Positions 49,698-62,014 of a DNA stretch of 64,000 bases are shown piece after piece. Both the position numbers and the translations under genes were made by a program. Positions within the stretch are counted from its first letter, which is position 1; each line of letters begins with the position of its first letter. Under the pieces are notes generated by a model. The model had not been told where the DNA came from. It did no database searches and was given only the letters and a program-made list of their open reading frames with translations. The DNA comes from Acanthaster planci (taxonomy: Eukaryota), in NCBI RefSeq assembly GCF_001949145.1, contig NW_019091361.1:744001-808000 (forward strand), in the 5' to 3' direction.

Positions 49698-51688
49698 ATT
49701 TAGGGAGAGAAACAGGAATTTTCAACTTTGATACATGTATGTATATTCATTTTTATTGTGAGTCAGTCTTACCAGTCATGTAATTCTGGGTCATTTGGCA
49801 CCAAAATATTTAACAAAATTGGTCAAGGAGTTGCAGAGATACACTCATTTGTATTTTGTGAAAAAACCCTTTTTTGGTTTAATTTCCTTATGGCAATTTT
49901 GGTTAATTGTGGTACCAGGAAGTCTTGTTTCTTCATGTAAACAAATATGTAAACATTTTAAGGTGCTAATACATGTAGCTCTCCAACTTTGTACTTCATT
50001 TCCTCTCTTCTTTCTTTGATGGGTATCCAAGGGAAGACATCCACAGTTGTAACAATGATGTCAAAGTTGACACATTTGTTTGTTGGTACCATATCATTGC
50101 CATGGCAACTGGTCTAAACTTCAGTTCGATTATAAATAAAAGATTCACTTAAATTTATAAAATCTGTGTTGTGCATGACAAGAAAATATCCATATTATTT
50201 CGTCCAAAAAGTAACCAAATGCTTTGTTCCAATGAGTAGTCATTTTCAATTTATTTTGTTCACAAAAATGTTGACACTGTAAAATACTTGGTCAACAAAT
50301 TCAAATCGATGTACCGGTATGTCTTGATTGCCAGGTGCTGCAGAGCTTAGTTTCTTTTCTTTCTTGTAACAAAGTATGGTTGCCTCCCTTAGAAAAGTGA
50401 TCTCTCCATAAAGTCATTGTGATTTGCTCTGATGATTGAAAATGAAGTTAAAACTGGAGCAGAATATTCAGCGACAGTCAGATTTTTCAATGCATAATTG
50501 TGTGTAAAACTGGTATGTGTCTGTTTGCTGATTGAAGTGCATGATGTGAAGTGTAGTAAAGTCAGAAAGTGTGAGTTTAACAGAATGAACAACGGGGGAA
50601 AAGGGTATTTAAATTAACTACATGTATTGCACCAGTCAACACAAAATTCTGAACTACTTGTAAGCAAGAAAAATCAAATTTTTCTTTGAGCTCAATAAAA
50701 CTTCTGCAAAACTTTCTGCACAGGTAAGTGCCCTAGCTCTGCTGCCCCCTCCCCCATAAAAAAAATCAGTGTAAAGCTATAATGCTTTCAACATAAAAAC
50801 AATGTCTATAATTTTTCAAACTTCGAAATTAAAAAAAACAGTGCAAAGGTTCGGCTTACATGAAGAAAATTAACCCAACCCCACCAAATTAATTTGTATA
50901 ATTTGCAGTTCACAAGTACATGTAGCTGAAAAAAATTGTAGAGAAATGTTAGAAGAGAGACCAAATATAATAACGCTTGTTATTTCTCTTTAAAAAAAAA
51001 GTAAAAAAAAAAAGAGCACTGCATGATAAACATGAACTCATGACAGCATGGACAAAATCACAAAAGGCAGTCCGTATCCACCAGTGTACGGCAGCACGTG
51101 TGAGACTAACGCGCGCAGATGCCATATTGAATGACCCCCCCGAATGCACGCATGCCAGGTGGTGGCCATACAAAAATCACTGTGCATTTCATCGCTCGGC
51201 AGTCCAATGCGCTCACACTCACCATCTGAACCTTAATCTTTCTGAGGTGTTTCTGACCTTTTCAAAAATGATACCTATATGTAGTTTCTTGTAGATGTAC
51301 TGAAAGCCTCTGAAAGGCCACTTGGAATAATGCCTAGGTTTTTTTCAGATCAAAACTTCCAGAAAACTTCACGTTTTTTCCTGAAACCTTCCATGAGGAG
51401 TTCGGGAAACTCAAACTTTATCCATTCATGCAAAAATTGAGGAAAATAGTGTTGTCTCTGGGGCCAGAATTCAACTTGACTGCATCATGTCTATGGGGAG
51501 TCAGGCCAACAAATTTTTGATGTTCTTCGCAAAAACGATTCCATGTGCACAACGCGTGCACAGTAGCCCATTTACATGTCGGTCCATGGATATCAAAAGG
51601 CTGGAAAGAATCAGACTGACTTGACTTTGGGCTGAGTTGACATAAGCTGACAATCATGTAAACATATATGTAGTCTCCAACCAAGTTG

Positions 51689-51870
51689 TAGGGGTGTGAG
51701 TGGCCACTTAAAATTAAAGCTGAAAACAGCTAGCAAAAGGCTGAAATGTAAAAAGTTCCCATAGGGCCTACTTTTGCACAGACCAGGTGTACGAAAAAGC
51801 TGAAATTCAGGGTAAACATCTACACAAAAAAAGCTGAAATCAGCTAAAAAGCTTAATTCTCACACCCCTG
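51689..51870. mobile_element. ~180-bp MITE (hAT-like) near the ARV1 promoter
   Basis: TIRs TAGGGGTGTGAG / CTCACACCCCTG; CAAGTTG duplicated on both flanks; internal AAGCTGAAA repeats. Confidence 0.7.
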
Positions 51871-52056
51871 CAAGTTGGTTAATGTTAACCTGTACGCTGC
51901 AGTTTCCTCAGTACCTGTAATCTGACATGTACGGTAGGCCTAGCCTAAACATGCTAGGCCTAAATGCTATTGCTACACTAATTTGGAGAAACATGACAAG
52001 TCATTATTGTTTGACAAATTCGAAAGCAAAATGAATCCATTCCAAATGAAACTCAC

Positions 52057-52200
52057 CTCTAGAGAGAGACTCCGTCAGTGCCTGTAATCTAAAGAATTCA
52101 CAAAAGTTCGCTCAGACCAAATATACCGCATATTATAGCAAAATTCGAGGCCTTGAGTTCATATCCTGCGCCACACGCCACGGCAGCTTTCTCCAGTTTT
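52057..52200 (-). other. Putative non-coding first exon of a minus-strand transcript divergent from ARV1
   Basis: Consensus donor GAG|GTGAGT on the minus strand at 52057/52056, inside the CpG-richer zone about 360 bp from the ARV1 ATG. No long ORF; the 5' boundary is approximate. Confidence 0.4.
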
Positions 52201-52418
52201 TTTGTAGTTTTGTTGGTCTGGTCCCGCGCTAGCCAAGGTAAAAACTAGTCACGGTTTCAAGGAGCAAGCTATGTACAGACTATTTTTGCACCGGCCCTTG
52301 GACCGCTATTAAATTACAGCGCCATCAACGATGAAAAGTGCGTGAGAGAAATTCAAGATGTCAGCCCCCATTGGAGACTTGTAAGTTGTATGCCGAAGGG
52401 AAATCTCACGAATCAAAC

Positions 52419-52514
52419 ATGGAAAGTACCAGCTACGTTTGTATAGAATGTGGAAAATATGCATCAGAACTGTACAAGGTATACAGTGGAGGAATGATAA
52501 AGATTGCACATTGT
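52419..52514 (+). CDS. ARV1: ARV1 exon 1
   Basis: [32 protein letters not shown]; donor |GTAAGT. Confidence 0.92.
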
Positions 52515-55500
52515 GTAAGTATTTCACACGATCATCTCGGGGACACTAGTAAAGTAGTATAAATTAAATCAACTGACATGACTGACTAGCCCAATTTATA
52601 ATTGAACGAGTGCCTTCAGCAACATCTTCTTTCCACGGACAGTCAAGGATTGGAATAGTCACCCATCTTATATTGTTGAATCTGGTAAAACATCACATGC
52701 AACTTTTAGAGCTGAACTTTTAAAACTGTTCAGTGGTTGTAAATAAGCTAGCTCCACGCCCAAAACTAAACCCCAAGTTGGTGTGATGTTCCTGATGGAG
52801 GCCTTGCTGAATGTATGATTCAGATTCTGATTTCAGAAACTTTGCTGACATCTTTTCTGTTACTGTGTTAGCCCGGTTTCTAGGCTAGGCCTACATTCTC
52901 CCGGTTGGAGGTTGTTCCATTTATCGCACTTACGTTTGGGCAAAGGGGCGGAAAGAATTCCATATACGAAGTTCACTTTTTAGGAGAAATTTTTGCTCCA
53001 GGACAGATTTAAAAAGGGGCGACATTTATTTTTGGGGGATAGAGACGTGAAAGGGGGTTCAGTAACTTAGGGGGACAGGTTTAAAAAGAAGGGGCCCCAC
53101 GCAATAAAACGGCAAAAAAGTGAGTCCTTTTGCGGTTCCTTTNNNNNNNNNNNNNNNNNNNNNNNNNNNNNNNNNNNNNNNNNNNNNNNNNNNNNNNNNN
53201 NNNNNNNNNNNNNNNNNNNNNNNNNNNNNNNNNNNNNNNNNNNNNNNNNNNNNNNNNNNNNNNNNNNNNNNNNNNNNNNNNNNNNNNNNNNNNNNNNNNN
53301 NNNNNNNNNNNNNNNNNNNNNNNNNNNNNNNNNNNNNNNNNNNNNNNNNNNNNNNNNNNNNNNNNNNNNNNNNNNNNNNNNNNNNNNNNNNNNNNNNNNN
53401 NNNNNNNNNNNNNNNNNNNNNNNNNNNNNNNNNNNNNNNNNNNNNNNNNNNNNNNNNNNNNNNNNNNNNNNNNNNNNNNNNNNNNNNNNNNNNNNNNNNN
53501 NNNNNNNNNNNNNNNNNNNNNNNNNNNNNNNNNNNNNNNNNNNNNNNNNNNNNNNNNNNNNNNNNNNNNNNNNNNNNNNNNNNNNNNNNNNNNNNNNNNN
53601 NNNNNNNNNNNNNNNNNNNNNNNNNNNNNNNNNNNNNNNNNNNNNNNNNNNNNNNNNNNNNNNNNNNNNNNNNNNNNNNNNNNNNNNNNNNNNNNNNNNN
53701 NNNNNNNNNNNNNNNNNNNNNNNNNNNNNNNNNNNNNNNNNNNNNNNNNNNNNNNNNNNNNNNNNNNNNNNNNNNNNNNNNNNNNNNNNNNNNNNNNNNN
53801 NNNNNNNNNNNNNNNNNNNNNNNNNNNNNNNNNNNNNNNNNNNNNNNNNNNNNNNNNNNNNNNNNNNNNNNNNNNNNNNNNNNNNNNNNNNNNNNNNNNN
53901 NNNNNNNNNNNNNNNNNNNNNNNNNNNNNNNNNNNNNNNNNNNNNNNNNNNNNNNNNNNNNNNNNNNNNNNNNNNNNNNNNNNNNNNNNNNNNNNNNNNN
54001 NNNNNNNNNNNNNNNNNNNNNNNNNNNNNNNNNNNNNNNNNNNNNNNNNNNNNNNNNNNNNNNNNNNNNNNNNNNNNNNNNNNNNNNNNNNNNAATAACT
54101 GAAACCTTTTCAGCACAGTGTGGCCCACAGTTCATAGGCCTATGTACATGTCATAGGCCTAGCACAATAACCAGTGAAATTTCAGGCATATTTGATGCCA
54201 AGATAAAGCGTTCGATCGATAATTCACATTTACTCCATTACATGTACTTGTAGGCCTATTGTGTTTTCATGCTCCTCAAGTCGGATATGGATGTACATGT
54301 AGGCCTACATGTACATGTATAGTATACATACAGGTATTCTGCACTTGAGCAGAAATACTTGAAATATTTTCAAAATATGAAATAATTTTCAAAAGTTTGT
54401 TAGAAAAAAAAATCCTGTTGTCCTTTTTAAATTAAAAGGCACTAGCCTAGCAGTCTAAAAAATGAACGTGATTGGCCAATGCAGGACGAATGAGCTTCTA
54501 GTCCTTATTCTGATTGGCCAATTTTAGCTCATGTTCAGAAACTTACAATCTTAGTCTTAGTTTAAGACACGAACTGATGTTCCAGGAAAGGATTCCCCAA
54601 ATTTATTTCTGGTATGTAAGCTCTAAAATGTTATTCATTAAGAGGTCCATAGGGACATCCTTAATTTCCCCTTGCAGTGGTTTATTGGCCATTAAAATAT
54701 TTGAACATGTACTAAAAAGTCACAGTTAACAGTGGAAATATTAAAACATTTACTTAGAAAACACTCTCACAGTCTCATGGGGTTTGTGCACAGGGTGTCA
54801 AGTGATGTCCGTATACATGTATGGAACTCCTTCCTTGTTTTTATCCCAAATCTACAATGCAGCACTTTGTCAAAAGAGGATGGCTTGATTGTGAGTACGT
54901 GATAAAGTGGAAAAATAGTATTGTTTTAGCAGGTACACTTCTTCCATAGCGCTGTGCATAAATGCATTCCTTGTTTGTTATCCTAATCCCATGACGCATT
55001 GCAAATTCTAAAAAAAAGTTTTTTCAATGGATATTCTTATTACATGTTTGTCCCAATCTTGCCCTCATTCCTGGCCTCAGCTTGTGCCCCTGCAAGATTT
55101 TTACATGTTTTTCAACCCTCACAGTCCTAGAGTTTCAATATAATTTTTTGCACAACTCAGGGGATAGGTTGAGGGAAAAATGTAATTCAACTTCTGTCCT
55201 ATTCAAATTCAGAGTTCTTTCTCTCTCTGTCTGAAAGATGCTATCTTGGTTGAAATCTGTGGCACTTCCAACTCTACACCACTCTCAACATTGTCTGCAT
55301 ACACTTGAAGAATTGTTATGGTTGTGTAGCCCTACAACTTTGCTTTAATATTAACTGGCTTTCCTTTATCTATTTGGCATAACATACAGATTAAGGAGGC
55401 ATTTAATAAATCTGTTGTTCAATTTCCAAACTCAGTAATTGGCTCCAGGATAGACAAAATATTAAACTTAAATCTGGCCTTGGAAAATTCTGATATCCCC

Positions 55501-58500
55501 TGCCGTTTACATGGGTTTTTCACACAAGTGAATGTGTGCCTAGACAAGATTTCAAAGCAAAATGTTCCTATTTGAATATATTATTCTGATACTACTTTCT
55601 CACATGTAGCTTAAAGCTCTTGGTAAATGCAGAACATTTCAAAGTTGGTCAGATATTAGCTTCTAATGTTCATGGCACCTCCCCCCCCCCAAAAAAACCC
55701 ACTTTTACTGTATATCTTTTCTTTTCTTTTTTCCTGTTGCATATAAGTTGGAGAATACACTTTTAGTGTCTCGGATACCATGATTGCCAACAATAATACC
55801 AAGCGTAAGAAGCAGTTGGTTACACTATTCATTACAGAAAGTCAGAGAGCTTTACAGGTCTACTTGTACATTTACATACTGAACCTGAAGCATAAGCACT
55901 TTGTATTCTCATTAGTGTCCCTGTGAAGATGATCTCCAAACTGGTTTGTGGTATTTCTTTTCTGTGATTTTTTCACTAATTTTTTATTTTCAGTGGAACC
56001 AGGTTCTACAGAAAATCAAAAAGGCTTTTGTTGACAATGACCACAATTCAATTGGTAAAATAATATGTGTAGTGCCTAGTTGACTAGATCAGTGCTGGTT
56101 TTTACATAGGATATTCTGTTGTTCCTATGTACATGTAGTCAATTAGTCAAACTTTCCATCCCTCCAGAATCATTGTACCAAAGTTGTTGACAAGTACGTT
56201 GAGTTTGATCCAGTCATTGTTCTTCTTGATGCGCTGCTGTACAAGCCACAGGCCTACAGACACATCTTGTTTAACACCAAGAGTAATGTGAGTTGTTACG
56301 ACCTTCATTAATCGATTTGTTCACCACACTCTCTTTTGACCTTTTAACCCTAATTCCCTTGACTGACTGCCCTTCCACTGCATAGAAAGCAAGGAACGCA
56401 TTCCTTGTTTTACAGCGTTCAAGGGATATCACACCCCATGTGAGTAATTCATGTATATCACAACTCTTCTTAATGCTAATGAAACACTCTGTGTACCGGT
56501 ACTTCTGGAATATAAGTTACTTTTTTAAAAGGCAGCTGCAATCAATTTGTTTTAATACAGACCTTCAAAGTGCACCTTTGTGCTCAGTTAACCTTATTTT
56601 CAACTTATTTTTTTTCACTGTTTCTAAGGGTATTTTACTGCTTTTTATGCTAATGAGATTTCCAATATTCATGAGAAAACTGTGATGTCATCTCAGGAAG
56701 AAGCCTCAATGTTACATTGGTTTGTACACAAAAAATCCTGTATTTTTGATTTGATTTTACTGGACTCAGTTTTCTCTTCTTTGCTGATTCATTATTTATG
56801 TGCCTTCCTCAGAAATGTTTTCAGTAAGTAAATTCTGGGTTCATAATTTGAACAGAAAAGCCCATGCACTGAAATATGTCTTCTTCAAATGACTTCAATT
56901 TAATTCTAAAACTTTAATTGTTTTTAATTGTTTGCATATGCATTTTTCTATGCATTTAACCAAATAGGAAAGTAAAAGAGTCTTCATACATTGGAGAAAA
57001 AAATTCATTGCAGATACACTTTAAAGGTTGAGCACTGTCCCGCTTGTTTCCATTTGATCTACAGATACATTGGAAGTTGAGCATTCTTTGTCTTTTGTGT
57101 GACGCTTACACCAAATGGGCGCAGCGTTCAACGGTTAACCCAGCCACTGACCCCCTCGATCGACAGTTCCTCTTCTTTGCCCTGCAATGGCACTTCTATG
57201 TCATGTTCATCATTGCAGGACTCGGTGGGTCCCTCGGTCAATGATATTATTCACAATGACATCATACACATACATGGACATTTCCAGCAAACTCTTTGAG
57301 TGCAGTCTAATGCGATGTGAGGTTCTGTCCAAATCAAATATTGTTGTTTTCACTTATGTTCATAGGTGTCATGGGGGAGAAGTACAGTTGAGGGGCAGTT
57401 GGTCTCTCAAAAAGAAAGAAAGAAAAATAAACAGGGGATAAAGACAAAAATGAAAGAAACAAAAAAAAACAAAAGGGAGGTAGGGGATAACAGTCGCTAT
57501 GTCGGTTTATCAAAACACACTATTGATAAAAGCTGCAGCCCTACATACCGTAGTTTCACCGTGACCTGATGTGGTGTGGTTTGTTTTGCTTCTACTGAAG
57601 TTGATGTTTAACACTGTCTATGACCTAGATCCTTCATGACTTAAAACCCCTCACCCCCATCAGAAAGGGGAAATAAAGTGGAGGAAAGAAAAGCGAGACT
57701 GACTAGAGCAGATTTGAGTCTGTGAGGGGCCATCAATACACTGACTGATAGCTCAGTTGAGAGAACACTGGAAGGGTATTCCAGAGGTGACAGGTTCAAA
57801 TCCCACTCCAGTTAATTTCTTTGTTAATCTTTATCATTACTGTGTATGCATCTTGTCAGTTTTCCTACATGGTTTGTTTAATAGAACCTTCAATTTGTTT
57901 GAATTTTAAGTAAAGGCTATCGAAAATCTGGTACGATAAGTACAATACAATAAACAGTCACATACATGTATTTCAACTGTACTAGTTCCACCAAGTCTAT
58001 TCATGTCCAACCATCATCCCCTAATGACTCAATTTCTCTGTTTCTGATTCATGGAGCCACATTTCCTTATTGATTGAATATACCCCAGTCTTGTACCACA
58101 TATGCATTTTCTTTGTATCACCAAGCCATTACAAAAAGTCGAATACAAATTCTATATTATTTATCAGTATTGTAGTCTAGTCCATCACGAGTCTCTGCAA
58201 GTAAATCTTAAACCGTCCAGTCTCAAGTCAAGTCATAAGCAATGATGGGAAAAACTTCCAGAACTAAAACAACCATGGCATTGTTCACTCATAACTGGTC
58301 TTGTGAAAGGACTTGTGATGCACTCCACTGTTATTTATATCCAGTCACAACATACAAAGTGTGTTTGATTTGTGCACTTACCCTGATTCCTGGAACTCCT
58401 TTACCTTTTTTTTTCTGCATCAGAGCTGAGTTCCTTTCTCCTTGGTGTTGTGGTGCCAATAATTCTTCAGTCAAGAATGACGGGAGCTCAAGACAACAGG

Positions 58501-61500
58501 TGTGTGTGGAAGTAGAACACTAGGAACTTCAGCTCAATTTATTCCCGTTGCATCAAGACAAAGATTTTGACCATCATGTATGCTCTCCCAGGGAGGGCAA
58601 AGCACAGATCTCATACATTTTGTTAGGAGAGAAACCGAGAATAAGCAGATTGACAGGTTGTGTTAACATATTAGCATTCTGAGTCATGACTAGAAAATCA
58701 AATGTTACTCATATTGTTGTATCTAGCCACTGACCTATAAGCACAGCTGTGAAATTTTTATTTTGTCTGACTGCATCTGGTATATAGTTCTATAGAGTGC
58801 ACGGCATGCCAACACTGCCATAAGTTATTTTTTCCCAAAGAGTTCTTTGGGGGGGGGTTACCTCCTGTCAAGTACCATCCTTGTTTATGTGCCATTTCAC
58901 TGGTTTCGATTTTGATGCTATAAATTACAATGGATCTATACATGTACATCGATTCACTTTCACTGTTATACTTAGTTAAGACATAACTGGGTCATATTGA
59001 AACTTTTGAAGAAGACGTCGCTGCATTTCTCTAGAGAATATTTTTATTTCCTTTTCCTGGCCAAAATTAACGATTTATGCGTCTTTCCCATCTGTTACAA
59101 GTTGTCTCACAATGAATACTTCCACAATTCATCTGAAATCAATCCCTGTTAATTCCCAAGTCATATCATTCAGCTTCCAATTGTTGTACGATGCACATAA
59201 TAATGAATAATAAATGGGATTTATTTGATATGATATCCATTCCATTCTTGCATATGGAGCACACGAGCTTCAGTTTTTTAAAGTTGGAGTCTCAACTTGC
59301 CAATCAAGATAGATTTGATTCATAAATAAATGTTTTCAATTGCAGTGAATTTTTATTTCTTCTCAAAGCATATTATACATGTACTTAAAATGACTCTTGT
59401 CCAATGTTGTGATTAATTACTCCTTAAAAAGAGAACACAAATGAAAAATGAGGCATTTCAATGTGAATGCAGATTATTGTCAGAGAAAAAATCCTACATT
59501 TTCACTTAGAGAACCATCGGTAAGAACTTGATGGATTGAGGTTATGATCGTTTCTACTAAGAGTGTATCATTACCCCTAACTCCCAAATCCTCCAATTTC
59601 AATACGATTTTACATACACCCTAGGGGGTTAGCGTTACTCCTACGGTCCTTACTTCTGTGTTGTATGGGCAAACTTCTTGTCATACCAATGGTCATCTGG
59701 AGTCAGACGGACATCAAGACTTGTATGTGGATGACACGACTCTTTGTGTTTACTTCGGCTACTCAGGCCCTAAGGGGTAAGATCAGTTACTGCTATACCC
59801 AATGGAGACACTGAGACGCTGGCAGAAGCAGCTACATGTGTGCATACTAGTCCTTTGCCACGATCTTGCGCATGCTCAGACCTGTACATGTATATGCATG
59901 GTCAAAACTACGCCTATCTGCACAACTGGTAAAAACGAGCAGTACAAGTGTATGTCTGCTGCCACCGGGGTTTCAGAAGTCTTCCGTTGTTACTGTTAAA
60001 GTGTGAAACTCTTTCAAAAAAAATACTGACAAACTGTACCGTTAAACTCATAACAAGGCAATTTAAACTATTCCAAGGTGACATCATTTCTGCAGTGGCA
60101 TTGTGGTACCATTATGTGCATGTTCTCAAACATGAAAGCAAATTGCAGTGCCCTATTTGCTGAAGAAGTATTCAACGTGTGCACCATCTGCCCATAAGCT
60201 TGCTGCCACTGCCGCAGCCTCTAATTTTGGTTGGCACAGGAGTCTATACCTTTGTGAAAGCTGGCATGAAGCATGCCAAGTTGCCAGTGAGAATAAGCAA
60301 TAATTCCGTTGTGTGTGCCAATCTAGAATAGGCTGTTTCTGAAATAACGCTGCATCCAAATCACTTGGCTACGGCTTGAAATTACACACAACTCTATGGT
60401 AACTAGCCACAACCACTACGATAGACTTGTGCATCATTTGGACACAGCCTTAGATGTGTCCAAAAGATTTGGCTGTGGCTTCCAAAAACAGCTCACAGCT
60501 GTAGCCACTTGCCATAAACAAGTTACACAAAGCCACAGCCTAAAGTTAAAGGCATAGCCTGAGTAGCAAGCACATAATAGGAAGGCCTAGAATCCGTTAC
60601 CAGTTATGTAGGCTAATCCAAGGAGACGCCATCATAACGGTGCCACTGCACTAATGCATGCAATTTTAGACATAATGCACACATGCATTTGGTAAATCAC
60701 GATGCTCTATTGGTCGAAGTGGCATGTAATGCACGGTACCACCTGTCCATGAACATTGTGCCACTGCAGTAATGACCTCTAATTCTGGTTGTTGAATTAC
60801 ACCATAGTTGTCACGTTCCTTAATTTGCCACCTGTTGCAAAGTTCTGGGGTTTTATCCACAGTAAATGGCAAAATTAGGGACCTAGCAACTGTAAGGTCA
60901 CAGATGTAGGCTTGGTTACACACAGCATGAGAAATACTCATTGTATGAAACATGGCTGGTAAGTGCTCTTGCTAAGTAAATATTCTTTTGCACTAAGCCA
61001 ATTTTTGTGCTTATCTACTTCATGAAATTGGCTTGCAGTGCCCTCAAGCCTCTTTAAGCAGGAAAAGTGGCATTTTCAGAGCTGAATAGCAGGAGTTCCA
61101 AGGTTTTTGAGGTGTGCCAGTAATCAATCATAATTCATATGCTGTTTTGGCTGGCAAGTGTTTTTGGTTGAAGGCAATAAATCTGCCAACTGTATTTTTC
61201 CACGTACTTTCAGTTCTCCTGATTGTGAACCATCATGCCAAAGGCTTAAAGCAGCACAATAGCACTCAAGCCATTTTCCTACATGTGCATCTATTCAAGG
61301 CACTTGAAAACAACTGCACCAATCATGTGATCCTGTGTGGACCCGAGAACAAAACTGACTAATATAAAGATGGTTATTTAAATCTTGTTTGGACTAAGCC
61401 AGGTCTGAACAAGTGTCGCTCCTTTATGGAAAAGCATTTAGGGGTTGGAGTTATTTCTGGAAAAATGAAGAGGAACAGTCAAGGAAGCCAACAACAAAAC

Positions 61501-62014
61501 CAACTTCAGTGTTCAGAGTGCAAGAAAATTGAGTATTCACCGAGTTTTCGTAACTACACAAAAACAAGAAATGTCTACACAAGGTAGCTAACATAAATAC
61601 GAGGGGGCAAGCCTTCCTTTTGTTCAGGGGACAATTTCTGTTAAGAAAATTAGAACATTACAGGGACAAAAACGTGTCCCCATAAGAATTGTCTATAGTT
61701 CAAGATAATGTCCCCATAACCTGGTAACAAGTATGCTAGTTGCCTACGAAAGTTCGCTTGTCTCACGTAAGTTGAAAGCAGTCCTGCTTTCAGCTAACAT
61801 GCCAAGCTTTCCAAGTGACTATCTGGGATACTGGAGCACTTCATTGCAAATACAGATATTTGAGCAAGTTTTTATCATTGTATCTACAGTAACGAGAAAC
61901 TCAGGCACACTGCAGGCAAGTGGTTTCATCCTGCTTGGGTTTGCTGCACAGCATCTCTCCACCCATCTGTCACCTATTTTGGAGTGGGTTTTGACACAGA
62001 GTTTTGTATCATGA
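52419..62014 (+). CDS. ARV1: Protein ARV1 (ER membrane protein, sterol/sphingolipid homeostasis and GPI synthesis), whole spliced gene join(52419..52514,56168..56287,57065..57224,58424..58499,59625..59776,61890..62014), 242 aa
   Basis: Arv1 homology domain YVCIECG...[52 protein letters not shown], then TM segments including [11 protein letters not shown]. All introns GT-AG with compatible phases; 729 nt in total. Confidence 0.94.
53143..54093. other. Assembly gap (N run) in ARV1 intron 1
   Basis: 951 consecutive N. Confidence 1.
56168..56287 (+). CDS. ARV1: ARV1 exon 2
   Basis: CCCTCCAG| acceptor; [40 protein letters not shown]; donor |GTGAGT. Confidence 0.95.
57065..57224 (+). CDS. ARV1: ARV1 exon 3
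   Basis: CTACAG| acceptor; [18 protein letters not shown]...[16 protein letters not shown]; donor G|GTGGGT. Confidence 0.92.
57742..57825 (+). mobile_element. tRNA-derived SINE head in ARV1 intron 3
   Basis: A-box-like TAGCTCAGTTG and B box GGTTCAAATCC; no complete cloverleaf. Confidence 0.55.
58424..58499 (+). CDS. ARV1: ARV1 exon 4
   Basis: Strong polypyrimidine tract + CAG; (E)[24 protein letters not shown](R); donor AG|GTGTGT. Phases match the neighbouring exons. Confidence 0.82.
59625..59776 (+). CDS. ARV1: ARV1 exon 5
   Basis: [50 protein letters not shown]; donor G|GTAAGA. Confidence 0.92.
61890..62014 (+). CDS. ARV1: ARV1 terminal coding exon 6
   Basis: CTACAG| acceptor in the phase required by exon 5; (V)[44 protein letters not shown], with a hydrophobic segment as expected. 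Confidence 0.8.

Noticed and set aside
53059..54253. 300+ aa ORFs
   Set aside because: Artefacts of the N gap.
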